Source of the DNA: Reclinomonas americana ATCC 50394
Lineage: Eukaryota
Direction: 5' to 3'
DNA: 49,110 bases
Assembly: GCA_048213135.1 (NCBI GenBank)
Contig: PS015099.1
Location: forward strand, 8,547-57,656
The notes beneath the pieces were generated by a model. It saw only the letters and a list, made by a program, of their open reading frames with translations, was not told the DNA's origin and searched no databases. A program made the position numbers and the translations under genes. Shown piece by piece: positions 1 through 10,635 of this stretch (positions within the stretch are counted from its first letter, which is position 1; each line of letters starts with the position of its first letter).

Positions 1-3000
1 CAGGCGTTGTCGCACTGCCCGCCGGCGTTGTGTGAGAAGGTGGAGGAGTATGTGCGGCGAGTGGCGGAGACGTGGGATGCGGAGTGGGAGGCGTGGAGGG
101 AGGCAGTGGCGCCGGGTGATGGATGGGTGAGGAGAGATGGAGAGGGGGAGGAAGAGAGATGAGTGATTGAGAGCTCTCACAGATTGGTTGCACGCACACA
201 TATGCACGCACACACACATACCCGCACACACAGAGAGAGAAAGGGCAGCGTGATCTTTGAGAGGTCTCACAGTGCATTGGAGATCGTGATCACTTTGTTT
301 CGAGCTTTCTCATTGAGTGTGGTCTGCAAGGTTCTCACAGTGTGACACCCTCAGTCGCACTCACACACTCTCAGTCACACCCTCAGTCGCACCCTCAGTT
401 GGACTTCTGTGCTGAGAGAGGTCTCACTTTGCGAAGAAGATCGTGATCACTTTGTTTTGAGACTCTAGAGAGTGGGAGAGGGCAGAGTGCAGGGTTCTCG
501 CGTTGTGGTCTTTCTCTGTGGAGAGTCTCACTGCTGATGCTGATCGCGATCGCTTTGTGTCGAGCTTTCTTGTTGACTCCTGAGTGAGGGAGAGGGCAGA
601 GTGTAGGGTTCTCGCAGCTCTTTGTCTGCGGAGAGGTCTGGATCACTGATGTGATTGCCAGTGCTGTCTGCGCCTTGTCTCCTGAGAGCATGAGGGAAGG
701 AGAGGGCTCACAGCTTGTGAAGGAGACCCAGAACTGCAGTGTACGCGTAGAGTTGGGAATGAAGCCTCGGCGCTTGCGTAGAGCTCCTTTTGCCGTGCGC
801 AGAGTCAGCCAATCGTCTCTTGTCTTTCAGAGTGACGCCGCCCTCGCTCTCCCACACCCTCTCCCTCTCCCTTTTCCCCTCCGTCTCCCTCTCCCACTCC
901 CTCCTTCTCCCCCCGCCTGCAATCTCATAGTCGTGTGTTCTTCCGCTCGCAGATTGTTCTCCCCGCCGGTCGCCACTCGCACGACCACCACGACGACACC
1001 ACCGCCGACGAGATCATCGGCAACTTTCTCGATGGCTCCAACACGCGGGAGAAGGTGCTCCTGATTCTGGGCGAGATGGGCTCTGGCAAGACACAACTGG
1101 TGGGTGGTTCACACAGACTCACCTTACGCTTCGCGCTCTTTCCTGACTCACCCTCCCAACAGCTGAAACGAGTCGAGGTCGATCTGTGCCCGGTGTGGGT
1201 GTGGGGCGTGTCGCCACTGCCGGTGTATGTGCGGTTGAGCACGGTGCCGCCAGAGGCGGTGTACGGCGGGAAACTGATGGAGTACGTGCTCGGGCGGGAG
1301 GGGTTTACGGCCAGCGAGGTCTGGCTGCCGTCGTGTGTTGGGCAGGGGGAAGAGGAGGAGGCACTGACGACCCGTACTGTGCAGTTTGCTCTCATGCGAG
1401 AGCAGACGCCGATTCTGCTGCTGCTGGACGAGTACGAGAGCGTGCATGCGCCGCCGCAGAACATCTATCGAGTCAATCACATGGAGGTTTGCACTTCCGT
1501 GCCCGGCATATTCGTAGTCGTCGAGCTCATTATTATTTCCATTGCGTCACCGGTTAGCGCTGGCGTGCCAAGGTCATCATCACCTGCGACGAGGCGCACG
1601 CGCATGCCAAGCTCGGTCTCAACTATGCCACCTACTTTAGTCCCGACGCCGACAGCATTGTGTGGATTGGCGAGGGTTCCTCGCTGGCGCAGTGCGTCTT
1701 GTGGCCACTCGGCAAGCCGCACGTGGAGGCCCTTCTCAGCCTGTTGCGTGCTGCGGGAAGCGTTGAGAGGTCTTATTACTCCCCGCGCTCATCCATCCCT
1801 ACCAGGTTTGTCGGAATGGGCACCACCGAATGGACGAGTGCTGTGCAGTTCAAAGACGCCACGCGTCAGATTCCCGGCAGTGAGCGACTCGTTCGCACGG
1901 TGTGTGTCTATCTCTACTTCCTTCTCGCTCGTCACGCCTCTCACCACCGCCTCCTGCAGCCGTTGATGTTGATGATGCTCAGTCGGTTGCTGCCGACCTC
2001 GGATTTCACCGACGATGTGCTGCCGGGAGACATTCTCCGCGCCTACGTGTACTGGTGGATTGGCCAGGAGCGCTTCAATGTGGAGGTTTGTGTGATTTTC
2101 TTCCCCCGCACCCCACTAATGACTCACATTGCATTCGCCAGGTCGGCGAGAGCGCCACCCTCGCGTCCCTCATTCCCTCGTTCTGCAAGCAACTCGCCGG
2201 ATCCATGCTGGAGTCCGACGCAGTCGTGGCCCACACGGTGCGTTGTTGATCAGGCGGTGCCGTGTGAGCGATGATTGCTCACGTGCAATGCAGGTCGTGT
2301 GCCGGGAGATCTTTTCCAACTTGGTGACGGCCTACGCCGACACGCTGCCGGAGCTCCTCTTTACGGCGTCGCTGTTGACGCAGTGCGGTCGCGAAGAGTA
2401 CCGATTTATTCATCCCGCGTTCTTTGACTACTTTGCCGCCGAGGACACGGTGCAAGCATACGTGCTGGGAGGCGATCGGTTGAACATGCACGCGGTGAAT
2501 CGCTTCAACTTCCAGACGTCGCATGTTGCGTCTGCGCGGCACCCCTAAAAGAGGAAGAATGAGCGAACGAGACTCATGGCAGCCTGTCGCAGATGCAAGT
2601 GCTGCTGTTCATGTCGGAGACTGTTCTGCGGAGCAGCACGTTGGTGGATCGCTTGCTGGAGGTGATTCGATCGTCGCGCGCAGATGCTGGGTGGGCGCAC
2701 GCCGCCTCGAATGCCATCACCGGTGAGAAACGCGTGTCATCCGTGCTTCTTTTGTTAAATTCGCGACTCATTTGTCATTCAGTGCTCAACTTGGGCGGCT
2801 TCAACTTTACCGGCGTCGACCTCACGGGCGTGCGCATTGCCGACGCTGATTTGTCGGGGGTTCGTGATGCTCACCACGATACTTCAATTTTGCACATCTG
2901 ACACAAAGTGCTTGTACACGCGCAGGCTTTCCTCGACGGCACGATTCTCGACGACGCCTTTATGTCTGGCTGCCGCCTGCGAGGTGATGTGTGGCTGTTG

Positions 3001-6000
3001 CCCTCGCCACATACACGAGTCGATCACTCATCGTCGTGGTTATCGATACAGATGCGTGGCTGCGGAATGCGTCGCTCAACCGTGCAGATCTGGCCAATGT
3101 ACAGCTCGGCCAGCTGCCACCCATTGTGGTACGCTTGCGTGCACGGTTGTGCTTGTTTTGCATGACACTCACTGCGTCGCGAAATCACGCAGCATCGCAG
3201 TCGTGTCATGTGGTTCGACGTGTCCTCTGACGGCAAGATGCTTGCTGTTGCCGGCGATGATGGACTGACGGTTTGTCACGACCATCGTACGTCACAGCTC
3301 AACGCTGACTCTGGCGCGCGCATTGCAGATTGTGTACAACATGGCCACCTTCAGCGTGGTGCAAGTCATTGGCGGCCACACCGGTCCCGTGAACGCCTGC
3401 GCCATGTCGCCCGACGGCAAGCTGGTGGCCACGGCCGGCGAGGACTTGACTGTGCGCTTGGTGAGTGCGATATGCTTGGTGTGTGAGGGCCTCTTTAGCC
3501 AACTTCTTGCTGATTGGAGCTCTCGTACAGTGGGAAATTGGATGGAGCAAGTGTCGTCGGTTGAATCGACGAAACACACAACCCTCGCGCTCAGTGGTAC
3601 GTCGGGTCGAGTGCCTGGCGGGTGTTCGTCGCTGGCGCACTGATATTGCTCTTGGTGCAGTCATTTTCTGCCGACGGTCGTGTGTTTATCAGCTGCGGAG
3701 CCGACTGCGTGCGTGTCTGGAACGGCGTCACTGGCAAGAAGGTTGCGCAGCGTCCTTTCATTCCGCGCACGGGAACATGCCTTCCTCCTGTTCTTCTCAC
3801 TCTCGCCTGTCGTCGCCCGTTGCAGCTGAAGAACCTGGGCAAGAAGCTTCCCGGTCAGCCTGCATGTGTCGCCGTTTCGCCGGACAGCCGCTACGCAGTG
3901 GCCTCGGGTGCGTAGGTCACGAGCAAGAGTCACTCTTCTCTTTGATTCGCTGACTTCTTCGTGTGTGGTAGATGGTGACTCGGATCAGGTGCGAGTATGG
4001 GAGCTGGAAAAGTACACTGCGCTGCTCACCTTTCCCGGCAACACGGTGGTGTCGAGCAAGTCATTCTTCAAGCTCGGCAACCGCATGCTGATCGCCATTG
4101 GTCTCTACGAGAATGTGACGGTGGTCGAAGTTACCAGCGGTCGCGTCATCACCACGATGAGTGGACACTCGGAGCGTGTCACCTGGTGCGGATGTTTGTG
4201 TCGATTGACCCCGAGACAGCAAGCGATTTACAGTGTGGTGATGATACGTCTGCAGTGTGGCATTCAGTCCCGACGGTACCATGCTGTTCTCGGGCGCGCA
4301 GGTGAGAGCTGCCACCGCTCCCGTCATGGTCACGACAAGTTATCATAACAATCTTGTGCCATGTGCAGGATGGCTCCTTGCGACTGTGGGACACGCTGCG
4401 TGGCTCGTGTTTCTGGAGCGCCAATGGGCACACGCAGACCGTCACGTGTACCGCGTTCTTGCCGTTCCAGCCAGTCGGCACCACGGGTCCCATCCTAGTG
4501 GTGCGTGCACTCTTTCTCTGCAAGAGAGAATCCCCCTGCTGATCTTACTCACGGTTGCCTGTGCAGTCGTCGAGCCACGACGGCAGCGTGCGCTTCTGGG
4601 AGCCCACATTGCGTCGCAACATGGCACGCTGTGGCAGTGAGAATGGACACGTTCCGACCAGCGACAGCGAGGTCAGCGATTTGCAGGTGCGTGATGGTGA
4701 TCGGTCTCCACAATATAGTTTCTTCAGTGATCTCATCATCAGCTGTTGTTGTGGGTGCAGCTCGTCGGCGCCGACTTGGAGGCGCAGATTGTGCTGTCGA
4801 GCTATGTCGATGGCATCTGTCATGTGTGGAACATGGCCACAGTTGAGTGAAGCATCACGCACCTCGCCTCTCTTGTTTTCCCCTTGGCTGACACGCGTGT
4901 GCAGGGTGATGGTGACGCACTGCTTGACACGTTCGTCTGCCAGCCTCACCTCCTGTTTTGTATGCGTAGGTCGCCACGTACATTCAGTGTCGACGGTGGT
5001 GGATGTGAGTGCCGTGGTGGTGCGGCCTGGCGACGGCATGGTCATTGCCGTGGCCTCGCTGCAAGAGCCTGATGTGGTTGGTGTTTGATCCCGCCTTTCA
5101 CTCGATTGCTTGTTCTCTCTGACCATCACGCACACAGTTGGTGTTTGATCTGATCACTGGCACGCTGATGAGCCGCATGCGTGGTCACGACGTCAGCGTG
5201 TCGTGCCTGCGTGTGTCACCCACGGAACCCACGCTGCTGGTGTCTGGTTCATGGGATCGGTGTGTGTTGGTGCTCCTTCGCATGGTGATTCTTGCTTGCT
5301 TACTCGCCACGCAGATCGATTCGCATGTGGAACTTCCAGACGTGCCGTGCCATGCACTTGCCGGTGTTGACAGACAACACCGATGCCATCCAGTTGCGTG
5401 TTTTTCTCTGTCTATCCGTGTCGCGGGGGCGACTTATGCTTGGCACAGGTGTCTGGCCTTTTCACGCGACGGCCTGATGCTGGCGTCGGGCGCCGCCGAC
5501 GGCAAAGTGTTCCTCTTTAATGTGCGTGCCTGCTGTGGTTCCTCTCACACCAGCCACTCTCTCATCCCACACCTCCATCAGCCCTCCAAGGCCCGCCTCA
5601 TTCGTCAACTCTCCAGCGGCCATCACAAGCAAGTGAATGCCGTGGCCTTCTCACCCGACGGCACGACACTGGCCAGCGCAGCAAATGATCTCACCATCCG
5701 TCTGGTCGACGTGACGAGTGGCGAGTTGCGCCACGTATTGTGCGGCCACGCACACCCCGTCAAGGCCGTCTCGTGGTCGCCCGATGGTTTGTCACACAAT
5801 TCGTGCCTAGTCTATACACGCTCTCACTTGTCGTCGACGCCCTCTGCTTTTGGCAGGTCACATGATCGCCAGCGGCTCCACTGCCGGCACAGTTCGCTTG
5901 TGGCGGTACCTGGAGAGTCCGTTCTCGGTGCGCCGCATCGATGTGCAAAAGGGCAGCATCGGCTGCCTTCAGTTCACGCAGCAGAAGCCACTGTTGCTGT

Positions 6001-6419
6001 CGGGTGCCAGCGACGGCTCCATCGTGTGCTTCGATTGCACGAAAGTGGACGGATCGGAGCTGCCCGAGGAAGACGGCGACGAGGACGGGCGCATGGGCCG
6101 CCGAGTCCCCGTGCGCTGGCGTGTGTCGGGCCAGCCCGGCCTGAACGCCACCGGTCTCCAGCTGCAGGGCGCCACCGGTCTCAGTGCCCTCCAGCGTCGC
6201 CTCCTCTCGCCCGCCACCGGACCCGCAATATTCGCCGGCGAGAAGGATGCAGGTTTCCGTCGATATTGCATATAATGGCGAGACAACTGCATGCTCACTT
6301 CTCAAAAATATGCAGGTGAGGAGGAGGACGATGTGGCGGATGCCGAGGGCGGCGAGTGGCTAGTAGTCACCGGCGAAGCTGACTTGGCCGCCGGCTCTTC
6401 TTCTTCTCGGAGAAAGTAA
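1..6419 (+). CDS. NACHT NTPase - pentapeptide repeat - WD40 repeat STAND protein (5' partial, ~30 introns)
   Basis: Hand-spliced model. Walker A GEMGSGKT (~1070-1095), Walker B ILLLLDEYE (~1410-1440), RWRAKVIITC, PLML, winged-helix YRFIHPAFFDYFAAE, and AASNAITVLNLGGFNFTGVDLTGVRIADADLSG pentapeptide block. Many WD40 repeats follow (GHTGPVNACAMSPDGK, GHSERVTCVAFSPDG, GHDVSVSCL..SGSWD, HKQVNAVAFSPDG). C-terminal GLNATGLQLQGATGLS; stop TAA at 6417-6419. The first exon (1-126) is linked through long intron 127-952 (less certain). Confidence 0.88.
250..760. repeat. degenerate tandem repeat inside long first intron of the NACHT gene
   Basis: AGATCGTGATCACTTTGTTT at 281 and 438, variant TGATCGCGATCGCTTTGTGTCGAGCTTTCT at 541; GAG(T)GGGAGAGGGCAGAGTGYAGGGTTCTCGC at ~470 and ~582. 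Confidence 0.7.
4905..4905 (+). other. putative 1-nt micro-exon (G), alternatively 7-nt GGTGATG 4905-4911
   Basis: Two back-to-back introns of normal size, 4842-4904 (GTTGAG...CTGAC...GCAG) and 4906-4969 (GTGATG...CTCAC...GTAG). One extra nucleotide (mod 3) is needed to join WNMAT to GRHVHSV in frame. Confidence 0.6.
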
Positions 6420-6554
6420 ATGTGGATGGCAGTTTGCGCTCACGTAACGGTCGATTTTGCCACTATTTTGCAAGTGACGCGCATCCGACAGACAAGCTCA
6501 CTCACAGGCAGGCCGACTGAGAGATAGAGTGTGAGTGTGTGTGTCACAGACAAA

Positions 6555-7287
6555 NNNNNNNNNNNNNNNNNNNNNNNNNNNNNNNNNNNNNNNNNNNNNN
6601 NNNNNNNNNNNNNNNNNNNNNNNNNNNNNNNNNNNNNNNNNNNNNNNNNNNNNNNNNNNNNNNNNNNNNNNNNNNNNNNNNNNNNNNNNNNNNNNNNNNN
6701 NNNNNNNNNNNNNNNNNNNNNNNNNNNNNNNNNNNNNNNNNNNNNNNNNNNNNNNNNNNNNNNNNNNNNNNNNNNNNNNNNNNNNNNNNNNNNNNNNNNN
6801 NNNNNNNNNNNNNNNNNNNNNNNNNNNNNNNNNNNNNNNNNNNNNNNNNNNNNNNNNNNNNNNNNNNNNNNNNNNNNNNNNNNNNNNNNNNNNNNNNNNN
6901 NNNNNNNNNNNNNNNNNNNNNNNNNNNNNNNNNNNNNNNNNNNNNNNNNNNNNNNNNNNNNNNNNNNNNNNNNNNNNNNNNNNNNNNNNNNNNNNNNNNN
7001 NNNNNNNNNNNNNNNNNNNNNNNNNNNNNNNNNNNNNNNNNNNNNNNNNNNNNNNNNNNNNNNNNNNNNNNNNNNNNNNNNNNNNNNNNNNNNNNNNNNN
7101 NNNNNNNNNNNNNNNNNNNNNNNNNNNNNNNNNNNNNNNNNNNNNNNNNNNNNNNNNNNNNNNNNNNNNNNNNNNNNNNNNNNNNNNNNNNNNNNNNNNN
7201 NNNNNNNNNNNNNNNNNNNNNNNNNNNNNNNNNNNNNNNNNNNNNNNNNNNNNNNNNNNNNNNNNNNNNNNNNNNNNNNNNNNNNNN
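6555..7287. other. assembly gap (N run)
   Basis: Run of N flanked by GA/CA microsatellites. Other gaps lie at 10726-10804, 22809-23488, 24385-25105, ~27999-28018, 30502-30564, 35539-35583 and 36297-36316. Confidence 0.99.
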
Positions 7288-7519
7288 GAGAGAGAAGAGG
7301 GAGAGAGAAAGAGAGGGAGAGAGAAGAGAGAGAAGTTGACTCTCGCTCTCCTCTGCACGCACACATACACACACACGTACACACCTCCTCACTCACAACC
7401 CTTGATGATCAGTCCTCCCACAAGAAGAGAGAGTGACGAAGAGGAAGACTGTTCTCCTCTCCCTCTCCCTCTCCCTCTCCTTCTCTCCCTCCTCTCCTGC
7501 TCACTCACATCTCCCCTTG

Positions 7520-10493
7520 ATGCTCAGTCCTCCCACCTCCCTGGGCGCACTGCGACGACCCGGCTCACTGCCATCACTGGAGAGCGCCGACCGCGGTCAG
7601 CAGGCAGTGGAAGAGTTCCCTCCACCACCACCCCCACTGCGTGAGAAGCGCAATGTGCCGTCATCGTTGCGTCTCTCCCAGTGTTGTCTGAGCGAGTGAG
7701 GCGACTCATTCTCTCACAGAAACGCGCCTGGGCGACCGCCGACGGCACCGGGAGGCGGCCAGTCATCGTCTGTAATGTCCTCGTCGTCATCGTTGTCGTC
7801 GACGGCGATGGTGTCGTCATCATCAATGTCGTCAATGTCCAAGCAGCAGCAGTCGCAGCAGCAGCCGCCACCGCCGCACTATGATGCCACGATGGCGTCG
7901 GAGGATCGGCCACCGCGGCCCATGTCGCGGTCGTCGTCGCGGTCGTCGTCGGACTCGTCGCCAGTGGAAGGGGAGAGCGAGGCGGATGCGGCGGGTTGGG
8001 AGACGGTGCGGGCACTGCTGCCGTTGCTGAAGCCGACGCACCAGAGTCACACGCTGGAGGAGGCGCTGGCCACGATTGAGAATTGTCTTGGCGATGCGGT
8101 GATTGTGCACGAGTCGCGTCGTGAGGCGGTGTTGGCGCGCGTGTATCCGCTGGCGGACCCGGCTACTCTGGAGGCCGCCGGCGACGAGGGCATGAGCAGT
8201 CCGGTGGTGTGTGCGCGTGCCGCACGCTTGCTGCTCACCATTGGCCGGCAGGCTCGCCTGCCCAAGGTCATCAAGACCGCCTGTCACGTCATGTACGTGC
8301 TGTCAAAGAAGGACCAGTTCGACGGCGTGTTTGTGCAGGAGAATTTGCTCAGTTGCGTGCCCACCAAAGAAATGGTTGCGCGGTGGTGCCGTGAACGGAA
8401 GCTGACTTTTTCGTGCTGCCCCCGCAGGCTGTTTGATTAATGTCGTCAACCACGAGTGCAACTTGCGCGACGCCCTTGGGAGCACGTGTATGGTGTACGC
8501 TGTCGGCGCGCTGAAGAATGTGACATCAGCGACCGCCGATGTGCGGCGCCAGCTGGTCGACGAGCTGTCGGTGGTCGCGTCGCTCGTCAAGCTGATGGAC
8601 GGGGTGATGAGTGCGCAGCCGCACAGTGCCGATGATTTGGGTATCATTTTGGTGCAGGTACGCTCCTCTTGTCTCGCCTCGCTTCGTGTTGTTGATAACT
8701 AATGATGCGCCAGGCCACGGGATGCTTGCGCAACTTGGCGGCTCAATCATCGAGCTTGACGCAGTTTGCACGTGGTGGTGTGGTGAATGTGCTGCAAAAA
8801 GTGATGCACTCGTACGCCGACCGGACGGAACTCATGTTGAATGTGTCGAGAATATTGAGGTGCGTATCTATCCGAGCTGTTGGGTGGGGGAGTACCTGCC
8901 TCATCATACTCACTGCCTCCCTCGTTGCACCCATCACAGCAAGGTGTCGTTGCACGAGACGTGTGGTGCGCAGTTGGACGGCACTGCCGAGCAGTGCGCG
9001 CCACGAGAGGTGGTGGCTGACATGGTGCAGTGTGTGTGGATGCAAGTGAGTACCTCGCCTTCATTCCCCTTTCCCTCCCTCCTGTACTGATTGCTGGCAG
9101 CGGCGAGCCACGGCGATTGTGGAACGAATGTGCTTTGCGCTGTCGAATCTCACGACGTCGATGACGGCACCCGAGCACCACTCCAACCGGCTCGGCATTG
9201 CGCACGCCCTGTGTCACGACCAGAGTGGCGAATTCAAGACCGGCACCGAGGCGCTACTGCAGATTCTGGAAGAGCTGGCCGTGGACCCGAAGGGGAATGC
9301 CGCCGCGCTGGTCAAGGTTGTGCGTGTGATTGCCAGCATTTCCACGGACGAGGCCACTGGCTGCTTGATGGTCGAGAGCCCACAAGTGGTGCTCCTCGTC
9401 AACATTCTTCGTTGCGTCTCACCTCCATGACGCGAGACCGGGAGTTGTTGCGTTGCTGACGGAATACACACAGGCGATGTGACAGCGCTGGACGCGGAGG
9501 AGCTCGTGCTGAATGTGGCGTCCCTCGTGCACAACTTGACCTACTATGCCGACTCGCCGAGCCACGCACTGCTGCCGCACTCACAGGCTCTCATTTCGAG
9601 TTGCGTGGGGCCTCCAGGAACATTGATTTCCTCACCTCCAATGTTTTGCTGACGGTCTCTTTTTTGTCGTGTGAACACAGCCCTCGCACCGTATCTGCTG
9701 CACGACAATCCGGAGCTGGTGCTGGAGAGTGTGCGCGCCATTGGCAATCTGGTGCGCTGCGGAGCCATGCACGAGTCGGCCGGCATTGTGACTGGTCCCG
9801 ACAGTCTCGGCTGCTGTCATCATGCCGTTGCGTCGAGACATCGCTATGATCGGCGAAGTGTGCTGTTTTGACACTCACTCACACTCTGCGTTGCAGATTT
9901 CGTGCAACGTGCACCACATGGCGTCGGTGTTGCTCGACCACTCCGAGCGCGAGCTGGCATTCGCAGCCTCGGGCCTGCTCTGCAACGTGACGGCGTGCGT
10001 GTCGCCGTCGGACAGCACGTCGGCCGGCGACATTGTTCAATACCTCGGTCGCTCGAGTGGTGGCCCGAAGCTGTGCGACCTCATTGAGCTGTCGGTCACC
10101 AGTCGCGACCTGCAGCTACTGTCGGGTGCGCTAAAAGCACTGTACAACATTTGTTTCGCGGTGGACCCGCAAGGTGTCGCCGGCATGCTGCGGCTGTACG
10201 ACGAGCTGCACATGGATCACTTGGCGAACATTCTCGGCGACGCACTTGCCTTTGCCACGGGTTCGCATTCTCCACACCTCTCCTGCTCAAGTAGAGGTAG
10301 CGCTCACACCTTGCATGTCGCAGAATGCATTCGAGGATCGGGCGACGATGCGCTGGATGCCGCCGAGTGTCTGGAAGTCGGAGGCAATCTGCGCCGACTT
10401 GCTGTGCAATTGCACGAGGAAATGGCCTCGCGTCCCGTATCCGAGAGACCCAGCAGCAGTAGTACGAGCCATCTGGACCTCGAGGCCATTTGA
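7520..10493 (+). CDS. armadillo repeat protein, ARMC2-like (start uncertain; 9 introns)
   Basis: Ser/Pro-rich N-terminus (RPPTAP). ARM helices with ARMC2-like segments: VYAVGALKNVT, ILVQATGCLRNLA, ELMLNVSRILSKVSLHE, RMCFALSNLT, LVKVVRVIASIS, EELVLNVASLVHNLTYY, ELVLESVRAIGNL, ELAFAASGLLCNVT. Stop TGA at 10491-10493. The family call rests on motif recall, not on a search. Confidence 0.75.
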
Positions 10494-10635
10494 GAGTCAT
10501 AAACGAGAGATGAGAAAGGCTGACATGATACCGGACATGAGTCACAAATCAGCAGTTTTCAACAAGGAGAGAGAGGGTGCAATCGCTGTGCTTGTGCTTG
10601 CAAACACACACACGCCCACACAGTGTGAGTGAGCA

